Positions 24,909-38,580 are shown, counted from the first letter of the stretch. The stretch is 64,000 nucleotides of DNA from Octopus sinensis (GCF_006345805.1 NC_042997.1:66092001-66156000), one strand, 5' to 3'. Translations and numbers: made by a program. Notes: a model not told the origin generated them from the sequence alone.

Positions 24909-27900
24909 TTAACCCTCAAGTTTTAAAGATGATTGATGGAGTAGGAAGTCATAGCAATGATGAGCCTGCAGTTATCATCATCATCCTTCATAACAAACCA
25001 ACAAAACAGTCTCTTGTGCAGTAGATAGACCTGCTAGAAGCAGCAAACAAATTTCCCTCAAATCACACCCAACCATTTTTAAAAAGGATCATATGTTCAT
25101 AGCTAGATTGTTTGCAGTCATGTCTGTCTGCAATTAACAATAGTAACCACTCAAATAATGAGTTAAAACAGCAGCCTCTATGTGGCAGATCATCCTGCTA
25201 GAAATGCCAGTCAAATCTTCAAAATAAACCAACATAATCATCGAACAGGAAATCTTGGATAATGTTGCCCAAGGTTCTCAGCTCATGAAAAAAAGTTGGG
25301 GTGGTCATAGTCAGCATGACTTTGATCATTAGTCTACTTAATCAACACTTAGCTGAGACTAAACAAACCACAACCACAACTGTAACAGTTATGGATACCA
25401 TTATAATAATGGAATTGATAATGAGCATATTAAGATAGTTACAATAGTGATGTTGATGATAATGGTGGTTGTGATGGTGATTGTTGTTGCTGTTATTATC
25501 TAGTCACAGGTCAAATCTGATCAAACAAGCCTATGATTGAAGGTATTCTAGCCATTACCATACCCTCTATTCTTTGGATGCAATGCATCTAGGGCTGTCT
25601 TTTCTAATGTAACCTTCCTTTTTTTTTACCACTGTGAAGATGTGATTCAAGGAAGATTTAAATGCTACTTGTAACAGATCAAAACAACCACATAAAGGCT
25701 TCCTTTGGGATGATGATGACGATGATGATGATGAGGAGGAGGAGGAGGAGGAGGACAACGATGACGATGACAAAATCTGCTGCTGACAATGACAACAACA
25801 ATTGCAGACATTGTCATGTTGAAGCATTGTATGACAATTACATGTGATGCTAGTTATGACAAATACACTTTAAAGAAGGAAGATTTGCTGTCATTTTGAA
25901 AAATGATGTGCCAAGAACTATAAATATTATCCTACATGTTACAGTAAATGGATGTGTGTTCATTTGTTATAAGATAACAATTGAAAGTGTTAATTTTATT
26001 TTTAATAGAAAGAATAAGAAATTAACTGTAATATCTATAAATAATTGTTCATACTCATTATTACACATTACAAATGATAAAAGAATCTAATATCTTTAAA
26101 CAGTTATTCAAATCCATTATTATATATCACATATGATAAATAGATGCAATATCTTTCAATAATTGTCCAAATCCCTCGTTAGGAAAGACATAATACCACA
26201 TAAACCCAATTAAATAAGAGTCTAATTGTGTACAGTGAATATCAATGTCTCATTAATTTCTTTCCACAGCAATCCAACATGTCTTCATCACATTGGTTGC
26301 CTTATAGTTTCCATCCTGCACTCTGCTTCCTACAATTTTCTGTGTTATTATTGTTGAATTATTTTCATTCTATCATTATATCATCATCATCAACAACAGC
26401 ATTCAATGTCCATTTTCCAAACTAGCATGCGTTGGACAGCTTGGCAGAAACTGGCAAGGTAAGGGGATGCACCAGGTTCCATAGTCTGTTTTAGCTTAGT
26501 TTCTACAGTTGGATGCCCTTCCTAACACTAACCACTCCAGAGTGTGCTAGGTCCTTTTCACATGGCACCAGCACCCACACTGATGCTTGTTCTAGGAAAA
26601 TATTCATTCCTGAATATTTCAATTTTTTAGAAATATTGTTGCAGCATAGTCTATGCAGATATGCAGACTGCACTTCATATATATGTATTTGCTTTAGTCA
26701 AAGGTCTGTTACATTTAACCTTTTTGATACCAACCCACTCAAAACTGCCCCTGATTCTATATCACAAACTTCCTATTTCAAAGTGATCTAAATTAAAACT
26801 TTTCTCAGAATTTCATGTTCCAAATACCATCTTTAATAACATTGTGTAACACAGTTTTTGTCATTAGGTAGTAATTGCTATTTCTTATTTGCTTACACCT
26901 GAGAAAGTATGTAAAATGGCTAATATTTCCTTCAAACTTTGCTTTTGTTACATTTATTCAAACCCAAAGGAACCTCTCTTAGCACATGGCTATGATGGGT
27001 CCTCACCACTCCTGTTCATGATCAGAGATGCACATATTATCAGCCACTAAAGGACATGCTCAGGTAGTTGCAGTCAAACAAGTGACAAGTAGATCTGTGG
27101 TACTGAGTAGAATATTTGCTATAACAATATTTCTGCTTCAGCAACTCAGCGCTAAATCTGTCTGAAATGTAATGGAAAATAGGTGAATTTCAAAACATTG
27201 ATTTCCAGGTGACAACAGCAAAGTTCTAAGGGAATAGTAGTAATTTCCTTTTATTTCTAGATAGAAGCAAATAGGTAATAATCAAAGATAGAAGAAAAAA
27301 AACTTGTTACACAGTGTAATAAGTTAGCTAAATTAACTGAAATGAAGGCAGTGTATTTCAACAGAACCATACTAACAAGAGGGTTAAGGAAGGAGGTAAC
27401 CAATTTGGTTACTATATAAGATGGCCAAAACCCATACTATGCCACTGTCTGTGAAAATACATTCACTTTTCACAAGGTCAACACTTCTACTCCCATGGGT
27501 TTTGGAAACAAAGATTCACCAGTCAGTAAGACACCAAGGAAAGTTTTTTTTTTTTTTTGTTCTCTTTCATCCTTTTACACTTCACATTTACACATCACAT
27601 TTACGTGCTTTTGCTAAAAACAAACATACTGTTTGTTTTCAAAATCTCCAGAGTAAAAAATGTTTTTGTTTGCAAAGAAGTATTCTGGACAAAAAGTGAA
27701 AGTTATTTATACTTTTAATATGAAGGTAAATGGGCTTGACATTTATAAATAATTGTTCAAGTCCAACATTAAGAAAGGCAAATTTCTTGCAATACAAATT
27801 TTACTTTATCTTTCTGTGTTTCTGCAAATTTTTGCATAATAATTTTATTCTTTTTTTGCATATTAACTATGGAATTAATATGAAGACTTTAAAAAGCAAG

Positions 27901-27949
27901 AAAAAGAATAACAGAGTTAGGTCTTGTTTCAAGGATGCAGGCATAACAT

Positions 27950-28165
27950 GATGAACCTGGCAGAATTGTTAGCATGCCAGGGAAAATGTCTAGTGGTACT
28001 TCATCTGTTTTCACATTCGGAGTTCAAATTCCAATGAGGTTGACTTTGCCTTTTATCCTTTCAGGGTCAATAAATTAAGTACCAGTTGAGTACTGGGGTT
28101 GATGTAATCAACTAGTCCCCTCCCTCACAATTTCAGGCCTTGTGCCTATAGTAGAAAGGATTATT
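27950..28165 (+). mobile_element. SINE family B
   Basis: ctggcagaattgttagcatgccaggg..gagttcaaattcc..gttgactttgccttt.atcctttcagggtc.ataaattaagtaccag..ggccttgtgcctatagtagaaaggattatta. Confidence 0.8.
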
Positions 28166-28551
28166 ATCGTTATTACTGTTCAGGAATAAGAAAAGAAGGT
28201 ACCACATTCTTCTCTCATCCGAAAAAACAAAGAAGTACTGGTACATCTTCCAAGTAATTTATCCAAAATATTTCAGTACAGTTAAAGTAGTAATAGCCAA
28301 GTGGTAACAGAATGTTACACTATCAAACTTTTGAACTCATTCACACCCTCTAGAATGCTACCATATGTTGCATGCTTGAAAACTGGAGTACCTGAGAAGC
28401 TTCTGCATAATTTATCCCTTAAACAAAGATATTGCATTGCCAATAAACTTGGTGACCTCAACCTTCAACAAAACTGTACTGAAACAATACCTGGAGAACT
28501 ATTGGTGCCTAGAATTAAAATGGCACTGAGTTACCAAAATTTATTATTTAA

Positions 28552-28772
28552 TCCTTTTGCATTTAATCTGGCCATATCCAGCCCAAATATTCTAACTGTT
28601 ATATATCAAGATTAACTAGATCAAACTTCTCACACCTACCTTACAATGTCATTCTAAAATTATACAAACACACCACTGAAATCTTGAAGCTACATGATAA
28701 TGCACAATTATTTCAAAACAATGTGAATAAATAAGCATTACATTTGACAGAGAAATAGGAATGCTAAAGAAT
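28552..28772 (-). mobile_element. piggyBac-type MITE, diverged, reverse orientation
   Basis: Reverse complement of the 24689 family body (catttgacagag, tgcacaattatttcaaaacaatgtgaataaataagcattac). Confidence 0.6.
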
Positions 28773-29029
28773 TAAAATGGAAAAGTATTAATTTCCATGA
28801 TATTTATCATATTCTATGACTATAAATAAAGCACAAGGTCAGACTTTCAGTTAAGTAGGAAAATAGTAACTGCAACCAGTGAAAAATATTCAGTTATGGA
28901 ATATTTTGCCTGTTTTTCTAGAGCTCTGAAGTCACTGGGTAGCAGAGTTAAAGTTATGCACACTAACAAACAAGGGAGGAGAGATGTTACAAGAAACTCT
29001 GTGTAGAGTAATGTCCTCAACTAAATATT

Positions 29030-29232
29030 GGCACAAGGCCAGCATTTTTTTCACATGAGGGGAAACGTTGATTTTATCAACCCCGATGATCAAGTGGTAC
29101 TCATTTTATCAACCCTGAAAGGATGAAAGGCAAAGTCAACCATCGCAGAATTTAAGCTCAGAACATAAAGATGGACAAAATGCCGCAAAGCATTTTGCCT
29201 GGCATATTAACAATTTTGCCAGCTCGCTGCCT
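29030..29232 (-). mobile_element. SINE family B
   Basis: ggcacaaggcc..ctgaaaggatgaaaggcaaagtcaacc..gaatttaagctcagaac..ttttgccagctcgctgcctt. Confidence 0.75.
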
Positions 29233-30329
29233 TGTTCTCAACTAAATATTGTATAATATGAGGTCCTAATAGAAAAATTTCATATTTTAGTTGCTGTTAT
29301 TCAAATATTTCTGGTTAAATTTACATTTGCTACATTATGTTATTATATTGTTATATTTATTATATTGTTACTAACACTATAAATCATATAAATCCTAATT
29401 TTTCTATAACCTCAATCCATTGTATAGCTCATTATCATAAAAACCTTTAGCTTAATGAAATAACTTTAGGAAAATATATAAATTTATGTACCAAAATAAA
29501 AGCCAAAAAAAAATTCTAAAAAATGTGGAATTTCCAAGAGTACCACTAAAAACGATTATTTCTGTTGCTTTTATTTTATAACATAATTAACAAAAAAAAA
29601 CTGTTTCCTTCACAAATAACCATTCACACATTTTTATTCAAAATGTTCTTTACTCGCTGTTCTTCGCAGCTTAATGTTATTGTCAGAAATGTAAATTACT
29701 GCATATAATATTGAAGGAATTCACAGTTTATAGACTAATATTTAAATTGAGGCCTCGACTGAAAGTGTCAGTGATGATTTATGCCAGCTATTAACCAACA
29801 TTTAAATAGTTACTAATGCTATTATATATAAACTAGTGAGACCCAAGGAAATACTACATTTCATATATGTTCTTACACTATTTCGATACATATATATTTA
29901 TAGCTCTTTCTATCACTGTTGCATTATGTTAAAGAATTCAATTATGTCTTAGGTTTCATTTAACACTTCAGATGGCGTAAAGTGTAACTACTAAACAGAC
30001 TTCATTGTGTTAATAAATTTGGATTGTCTTCAAGTGAATTTCATGGTTAGGGTCATTGAAAATATAGCACTCTAAAATTATTTCAACATATACTTGTATG
30101 GCTGTGTGTTGCTTCCAAACTGTGAGGTCCTGGGTTCAGTCCTACTTTGCAGCAACTTGGGCCTGTATCTTTTACTATTATAACCCTGAGACAAGTAAAG
30201 CTTCATGAGTGGATTTTGTAGGCAGAAACTGAAAGATATCCATCATATACATCTGCGCACACACGTGTTTGCATGTGTGTATCTTTGTCTTGACTTAAAA
30301 CGTAGAATTTCCATGAGTACCACTAGATG

Positions 30330-30560
30330 GAGGAGGAGTAGCAGGAAGAGAAGGGATAGAGAAGGAGGAGGGATGGAGGAGGAAGATGAATGGACGGATG
30401 GAAGGGGGAGGGGAGGAGGAGGAGGAGGGAACGACAAGGAGAAGGGAACAAGGAAGAGGGAATGAGGAGGAAGAGGGAACGAGGAGGAAGAGGGAATGAG
30501 GAGGAAGAGGGAGCGAGGAGGAAGAGGGAACGAGGAGGAAGAAGGAACGAGGAGGAGGAA
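30330..30560 (+). repeat. Purine-rich minisatellite (GAGGAGGAAGAGGGAAY units)
   Basis: About 6 near-identical 17-nt units from ~30450, preceded by GGA-rich sequence. Confidence 0.9.
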
Positions 30561-30712
30561 ATTTAATTCTTGTAGTTAATGTTGTTGAAAGTCTATCATT
30601 TGAACTTATTTCATTAAGTTAAACATCCTGATTATGTCACCAATTATATTGCTATTCCATAGTTAATGCTGTTCAAAGGGTATCACTTGTAACAAGCAGA
30701 ATAATAATAATC

Positions 30713-30743
<31 letters not shown>

Positions 30744-32999
30744 AAGTTCTAACTAATTAGAATAAAAATAGTTAATGACAATAACACCACACACATAAGT
30801 TGCTAATAGTCCAGCAGTATTTTCATGGCATTGTTTAGTCTTCACTTAAATCCTGATCAAGCAGACCTATGACTAAAGGCATTTCAACCATGACCACCTC
30901 ATCTTATTTTCAGACATAATGTATATTTACTTTACCAGCTTAAGCCCTTCACTCCCTATAGAGCAGAGGCCCACACATACAGGCTTGTCCTTTCAGGTGC
31001 CGGTGCCACTTAAGAAGCGCCCATGCTAGTGCTGCACCTGTTAATGACCTGTGTCAGTGCTGCACCTGTTAATGACCTGTGTCAGTGCTGCATAAATGCA
31101 CCTGTGCGAATGGAACATAAAAAGCACTCAGCACACTTTAAGTGGTTGGTATTAGGAAGGGCATCCATCTGTAGGAACCATACAACAGCAGACAGTTGGA
31201 GTCTGGCCAGCTCCATATCAAACCATCCAAACCACGCCAGTGTGGAGAGCAGATATTATATAATGATAACGATGTTCACATCTCTGGGCTGTCTTTTCCT
31301 CTCCCAAGTCTTGTTGGTTCTACATTGCTATCAATGTTTCTGTAACTTTGGTTTTTTACTAAGTAGGAATTTTAGCTCCTATGCAAACCCACTTTTACCT
31401 CTAGAAAGAGATTATCCACATTAGTCTGGCTTCTGTCCTTTAACCTATACAGCATGGATAACCCTATTAGGGGCTTGCAGTCTGATAGTATAGCTCTCAG
31501 GGTCATTAAGCAAATACAAGCCTTAGTACTGTAACAATACCTGGACCTTTATGGTAGACAGAGTATATTTAGAACATTATTCAATGTGGTTATCTCACTA
31601 GGAACTGCTACATAAGGGGAGACAGAGATGGACAGAGAAAGACAGAGACAGACAGACAGAGTATGTATGCTACTTAAGGGAAGAGAATCATTTCTAAGTT
31701 TCTTTTTCTTATGTTGAGAAATCATTATCAAAGAGTGAATAGAGCATACATTATTTCCATGTAATTCTCTTATTAAAGTTTCCTGTAGTCATGAATAATA
31801 ACATTTCACTTTCATTCTGGGCTCTTCAGCACAACAACTCAAGATCTAAAAAGTAATTTAAAAATTAAAATCAAATACAATCATTTTGTTTCCTTTTTTT
31901 CTTTTAACAATGGAGAAAAGAAGAGAGTATTTTGTTTTTAAGACTGTAGATTGCGAATTCTAACAGGTCTGCTGATCACATATGTCCCCTTGTTAGCATG
32001 TATATTTATGGTTTTATTTTTAGGGGTGATGGGTCATCATTTATTTCCACTTCTCTGTGTAAATAACTGCATCAAAATAAAATTTCAACTGTAACATTAT
32101 TAAAAGGGTAGAACTAAAATGACTATAAAAAGCAGACTGTCTCACACACACGCACACACAGATACATACACACACACATGTACGCATGTTTTTTGAGGAG
32201 GGAATGGGGAAGGTGGTTAAACAAAGACAAAGAACACTCATGCTTGGTATGACTTCCATCACTGGTTTACCTGACCAATGTTGAAACAACACCAAACATC
32301 ACAATGACAGCAATCAGGTGCATAATTATTATGATAATGCCATTTATAATGAATGAAACAAGACAATGACATAAGGCAGTGCCGGTGCAGGTAGAGGTGG
32401 TGGTGGTGGTGGTGGTTGTAGTGGTGATAGTTACTGTTCTTGCCCTAGGTCAGCTTTGATTAAGCAGACCAATATCAGGAACATGCTGCCCTTACTTGCA
32501 GATGCGTTGTCTCTGGGACAACATTATCTAATAACAAGACTGAAAGAGTAAATAACTTTAATTGTTTTGCATGCTCATTAGTAAGGGTGTTTCCAGAATC
32601 TGTCAATTCAACACTAATTTCACAGGAAACATTATCTAGACCTTTCATTTAACATTCCATGACTCTAAACTGCCATTAAATCATTAATTACAGAAGGGCA
32701 GCTATTGATTACATAAAAACATATTATGTATGTACTGTGTGTGTGTGCACGTGCGCACATGTGTAATATAATTGAGAAACAATATCATTAACTTAAGAGT
32801 TGAGGATTTCATGTAAATGCACTCATCACACAGAGAATTAGCTCCACATTGCTTGTGTATACCATTTGTCTTTTACCTGTTTCTGTCACTGGACTGTGGC
32901 CATGCAGGAGCACCACCTTGAAAGTTGTAGTCAAACCAATCAACTCCAGTATTTAAGATTTTAAAACTTGGAAAACTTTTTGTCAGACCACTACCAAAA

Positions 33000-33385
33000 T
33001 ACACATACACACAGCATCACCATTATTTAACATGCTGCCATGGGTTGGATGGTGTGATAGGAACTGGCAAGGCCAGGAGCCACACCAGGTTCTGTAGTCT
33101 GTTTTGGCTTGATCTCTACAGCTGGATACCCTTCCAAATGTCAACAACTCCACAGAGTGTACTGGATGCTTTTTATGTGGCACCAGTGCTTTTTAAGTGG
33201 CACCAACACCAATGCTTTTCAAGTGGCACCTTAATTTTAGGATCTCACTTTTGTTGTGGTGGTCGGGTCCTTTCAAGTACAACAATGCACTACATATGTC
33301 AGTCATCTCCTTTGTAAGGTTCAGCATTTTGAGATCAGCCTTGACTACTTCATCCAGACTGGCCTTCACAATTTCATCTCAATAC
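33000..33385 (-). mobile_element. RTE 3' fragment (ORF end plus UTR)
   Basis: Minus peptide WMK/DEVVKADLKMLNLTKEMTD-like, matching the RTE C-terminus at 8420-8500 and 56370-56420, followed by the UTR tail motif. Confidence 0.7.
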
Positions 33386-33399
33386 ATATATTAAAATCA

Positions 33400-33872
33400 G
33401 GGAAGGCTGGTTTATGGGATTACCTTAGGTTGCCTATCCATAAAGGATTTAGCTTTATGGTGTATCATCAGATGCCAAAACATGTTGGCCCAAGGCCTCT
33501 TAAAAATATGGAGGAGAAAATGCCTCACTACTCAAAAATAATAATGGGGATTATCTCCTTTGGTTATCGCTATTGACTTCCGGCAGTGCCCCCCTCTTGT
33601 GGGCTCCATAAGGCTTGTAGGAACCTCCTGAAATGTAAACATGATCCAAAAATCTCCGTTCTGGAGTTAACAATGTCCCCTGGTTTTAGGGAGTCCTTTA
33701 GGATTCTCGCCTGTTCAGCTATGCATAATTTGCAATGTTTTGTCCCATTGATGTAGGGGCCTGGGTTTACGAGGATTTTCCATGAGATTGAATATAGAAT
33801 CCCATCGTCTCTCAGTTGCCAAACATGGCTAGCCAGTGATGTTACGTATCTCCTTTCTGGAACTCTGAACAA
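33400..33872 (-). pseudogene. Penelope-like element 3' fragment (GIY-YIG C-terminal half plus terminal region)
   Basis: TSLASHVWQLRDDGILYSISWKIL..PYINGTKHCKLCIAEQARI..VNSRTEIFGSCLH matches the PLE endonuclease C-half pattern T.LS.H.W.L....I.W.I....Y....C.LC..E..I...N.R.E...C.H. Confidence 0.8.
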
Positions 33873-34269
33873 GGACCTGTGGTTGGGGTGACGTTGCTTG
33901 AATGAGTTACCGGAACATCCAATGTATCTCCATGGGCATGTGTTGTTGGCGCTGTATCTGCTGGTGTTGCTGTTGTTGCCACCACTGTCATTGTTATTGG
34001 AGCTGGGACTGCTGATGTTGGTGTCGCTGGAGGTGGTGGTGGTATCAGTAATGGTATCGCCACTGCCACTGATGGTAAAGGTGCTGTTGTTGTTATCGTG
34101 GTCCTTATCATTGGTGAGAGAGTTGCCACTGCTGCTAGAGATGTCATCAGCAGTGGTTCTGCTGGTGTTTCTGCTAGGGCCACTGTTGCTGCTGATGCCA
34201 TTATTGCTATTATTGTTCTTATTGCTGGTGGTGGCACTGTCTTGAAGAATTTTTAGCCAGATGAATTAA

Positions 34270-34391
34270 CCCCAGTACATTTTTTTTTATAAGACTGGTC
34301 CTTATTCTTTTGATCATTTTTGTCTTTTGTCATGCTGCTAAGTTATTGGGATGTAACCACTCCAACACTGGTTGTCAAGTGATGGTAGGGA

Positions 34392-34426
<35 letters not shown>

Positions 34427-34575
34427 CACACACAACAGGCGTCTTTCTGCTTCCATCTACCAATTCCTTCCACTTACAAGGCTTCTCTTGGCCTGAGGCT
34501 ACAGTAGAAGACACTTGCCCAAGGTGCTACACAGTGGGAGTGAATCTGGAATTACATGGTTTGAAAGCAAACCTC
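34270..34575 (-). mobile_element. SINE family A
   Basis: Reverse-complement core (gaagacacttgcccaagg, ttccatctacc) and head (accatgtaattcc..gcaaac). Confidence 0.75.
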
Positions 34576-35279
34576 TTATTAATCTATATGTATAACAAAC
34601 CCAGGTTTATATATCATCATTATTTGATAGCTGCTTTCTATGTTGACATGGATTAGACAATTTGACAGTGAACTGGTGACAGATGCCACTGGAGCGTTAT
34701 ATAACCAGTTCCCTTTCAAACTTTCCAATGCATGCCAGCATGGAAAGCAGCCTCTAAATGATGATGATGTATTTAAGTCAATACATATATTTAAATCAAT
34801 AATAGAGTATAAATGTGTGTGTGTCTCTCTCTCTACTTCATCATGGCTGTTCTATACAAACCTTACTACTATTTTTAATCCCAAGAGGAAGTCTCCTCTA
34901 GCTGGTTATTGATGCAATGTGAACTTGCTACTTTGCTTCTTGTATGTAAATATATATATATAGTGTAGTTCTGCTATAATATATACCCTATGAAGTTCTG
35001 TGTGACTAAAATATCAGCACAACAGAATCATCTGGGATATAGATAGAATATCATTCAAAACAGTTTTGGGGTTTGGGGAACATAAAATGATGTGGAAGTT
35101 TAATTGCTTCAGCTGATGTTTAATAATAAAGAAATTAACAATTCAACTAGAAATGAAGGAGCAAGTACATTTGTAAGTGCGTGTGTATACACCTACCTTC
35201 ACACACACACACAAACATATAGCTAGTTTTAGTGCATACAATATATATATATTATATATATATATTGCAGCAGCAAAAC

Positions 35280-35490
35280 AGGAAGTTAGCAGAACTGTCG
35301 AAGCATCAGAATAAATGCCTTATGGTATTTCTTCTGGCTCTTATTGTTCTGAGTTCAAATATCACTAAGATCAACTTTGCCTTTCACCCTTTCAAGGTTA
35401 ATGGTGTACCAGTCAAGTACAGGGGATAATGACTCTAATTAATTCCCTCACCACAAAATTACTGGCCTGGTGCCTAAATTAGAAGCCACT
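35280..35490 (+). mobile_element. SINE family B, diverged
   Basis: gttagcagaactg..ttgttctgagttcaaat..actttgcctttcaccctttcaagg..ggcctggtgccta. Confidence 0.65.
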
Positions 35491-36427
35491 GCTGTTACAA
35501 AAATAGTTCTGGAATCATTTCTCTAAGATACTTACTGAATCATTATTTCAATTACAAAATAAGAGAAGCAGTGCGACAAATATATAAACAAAAATATTCA
35601 TAATCAAATAGAAAAATTAATAGTCACAAAGATTTGATTGTTTTCAACTCCAACCTTAAAAAAAAAACTAGAAAATGTGCCAATCATTTTTCTTTATTCA
35701 ATTTTCTTAAACAGAACAGAGGCATATTCATCTACCTACAGGCAAAAGCAAATACATTTTCATGTCTTCAGTATGTAAAACACACAACGGCAAGGAAGAT
35801 GGCTATTTGTTTTAGTATGTGGCTAGCTTTCAAAACATGGCAAACCCATTTTACTCGGAACTAAATGATTTGGAAATTCATCAATGGTTTCTAAAAAATT
35901 AATAAATATTGATGTAACAATTCACTAATTCCAACCTTTCACTCTAAAGAACAAAGATCACCTACTGAAAGATCCATGGTGTATCATGGGTCAATCAATT
36001 TTGTAATTGTTGATTAACACTAACATCCTCTAACTTTCATACATATTTGGATAGTGTGAGGGTGATACATCTTTAAAATGTTTGAATCTGTATATATATA
36101 GAGAGAGAGCTTAGAGAAGATAATGAACCTTATGTGACATCATAATTGTATAAGGTTGTGAAGTTATAAAATTGTAAACTTATAAAATTAATTACAATTA
36201 CAATGAGAGTTATTCTGGCTAAGGTGGAGATGAAGGGATAGAAATATAGGGTATATTGTCATAAGATGTATTTGAATACACCTACATACACAAATACTAA
36301 TAGGTATATGGATCAAGACTCAAGGGTAAATTCTTAAAAATAAGTGCTTAAAAATAAATGCTTAGAAATATATGGAGTAACATCCCAAGGAAAAACTGGT
36401 ATAATTAGATATATGTATATCATCCAC

Positions 36428-36610
36428 ATCATCATCATCATCGTTTAGCGTCCGTTTTCCATGCTAGCATGGGTTGGACGGTTCTACTGGGGTCTGTGAA
36501 GCCAGAAGGCTTCATCAGGCCCAGTCAAATCTGGCAGTGTTTCTACGGCTGGATGCCCTTCCTAACGCCAACCACTCCGTGAGTGTAGTGGGTGCTTTTT
36601 ACGTGCCACC
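36428..36610 (-). mobile_element. Young RTE tail-only copy
   Basis: (CAT)n cgtttagcgtccgttttccatgctagcatggg...tttttacgtgccacc with CpGs intact. Confidence 0.85.
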
Positions 36611-36782
36611 CCGTATATATAAATATTAGTTAGATGTATATTTATTTATAAAGAAAATAACATATAAGGTATATAGAGAATGTCTTATGCATAAATTAGA
36701 AAAGATGGCAATCATTATATAGTGCTCAGATTAGGAAAAAATAATTTTATTATCAAAAGGGACACTAGCACCAATAACAATA

Positions 36783-38580
36783 TTAATGATATTTAGAGAA
36801 AGTGTGTTTAGCCTTATAAAAACTGAAAACATTTATTTCTTTTTTAGTGTTAAGCAGATGAAGATTGACCTTTAATATAAAAAGAATCTCATTTATACAC
36901 AACAAACATTTCTTATTCTTTAAATCATACACAGGCGCTGAGGCTAAAATTTTCCACTGGAGGTCATAACTAATACCATTATCTCTAAGGTCCCATGTAT
37001 AATTACTCAAACCAGCTGAATTCTTCCTATTTCTGTTTCTGAAGGTATACAGATGGTAATTCAGTCTACGTTTCATATGGTTTGGGGTGGCCCCCACATA
37101 TACCTTATCACTCAATTGAGTACTTACTACACATTGGTAAACTATTTCTTCTTTATTGCAATTATTAGTAAAGACACAATTGTTACTATTTCTACAATCA
37201 CAAAGTCTATACTATTGTGTGGGGGTTTTCACTGGTTCGGTTAGTGTGTATATTGGGGGTATCATTTGGTGCAATATTATTATCATTGTTATGTCTGATG
37301 TTATTATTATTATTATTAATGTTAATAGTACTGTTGTTATTTTCTCTATGTAAGTAAAAAGTGTCGAGTATTTTTATTATTCGTGGAGGAGATGATAGTA
37401 GCCAGGTTGTGTGTCATCTTCTCTTCTTATTGTTTTATTATTTATGATTTCCCCCCCGGTATGTATTTTTACCTTTTATAATGTATTTGTTAATTTGTTT
37501 AAAGATTGTTTTTACTAAGATGTTTTTCATTTGCATATCATATGGTAATATTAGCCAAACAGTATTTTTTCCTTGGTTTGCATGATTAGGATTACTGTCC
37601 TTTGGTCTATTATTATTATTTGGGCAATCATTTTTATTATTAATAATATTGACATTATACCTATCCTTGGTGGTTGCATTCTTCAAATTAACTATTATAT
37701 CTACATTATTATGATTAGCATTATTATTGTTATCACTATTAGTGGAGCTGACGACAGATGTCTGTTTGGGATTTCTTATGTTATTCATTTTATCCTTCTT
37801 ATATCTGTGTGTACTTCTAGAATTTATAAATTTATTTTAAACTAGCAGTATTGCCCGGTGTTGCTCGGGTTTGTAAGGGAAATAACTATATAAGCATTTT
37901 TAGAGATGTAAAGTATAATAGCCATTTCAATATGGCTAACCACAAAGGGGGGGGGGTGTTACTGTAGCTTTTTACGTTCTGAGATTTAATAATAAATTTT
38001 TAGAGAGTTACTTCCCTTATATATGCCAAAAATGCATTAAAAATGGGAAAAATTGATGGTAAATTTTTTTTTAAATCGTAGACTCATCGTAGATGTGCGC
38101 TAATACCCAGAAGGGCTCGATATGAATCACGACTATAAGATACCCGGTTTTGGTTAAACTGCACCGCAAAATGTGGGAGTAGTTAGGAATCTAAATCGTA
38201 GGAGACAGACAGCACACAACCTTACTTTTATATATAAAGATTTCATTGTTATTTTTCTCAATGTTTGTATCATTGGTGTTCATATTATTTCCATTATTAC
38301 AGGGAAAGTATTTAATTTCCTCCTTATACCCTGTATTTTTAAGTGCTACATTATACTTACCCTTGTTTTTATTAAATATCGCTTCATTTAAGGAAAGGTT
38401 TGAGATTCTTTTGCTTATATTTCTTAAAAGGGCTCTTTTTATTGATTGGGGATGGTTACTGAAATTATTTATATATATTAAATTAGAGTTCTGCTTCATA
38501 TATGGTTCATGTGGTCCAGTGTTTAAGTTACAGTTTGTGTCTAAATAGTTAATAGTACTAGATTTTAAAAAAATTTTTAA
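36783..38580 (-). pseudogene. Penelope-like retroelement relic (RT C-terminus, Asn-rich linker, CxCx5Cx5C, GIY-YIG), interrupted by a Helitron
   Basis: INYLDTNCNLNTGPHEPYMKQNSNLIYINNFSNHPQSI (RT thumb); VWLILPY; CDCRNSNNCVFTNNC..IVYQCVV..KVYVGAT..KRRL.YH..LSNYTW.L..WKIL..Y..KCLLCINE (GIY-YIG). Confidence 0.9.
37842..38240 (-). mobile_element. Non-autonomous Helitron (399 bp)
   Basis: Minus strand starts TC(tttatatataaaag) and ends cccgagcaacaccgggcaatactgCTAG; inserted between A and T with no TSD; termini shared with the element at 59486-60236. Confidence 0.88.

Noticed and set aside
28301-28545. 104-aa ORF or MULE-like LKQYLENYW remnant
   Set aside because: ORF runs into a MITE; the alternative-frame motif is too short to assign
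33842-34245. Thr/Ala/Pro-rich or Leu-rich ORFs as a mucin or membrane protein
   Set aside because: Degenerate triplet-repeat sequence next to the PLE relic; no splice or homology support
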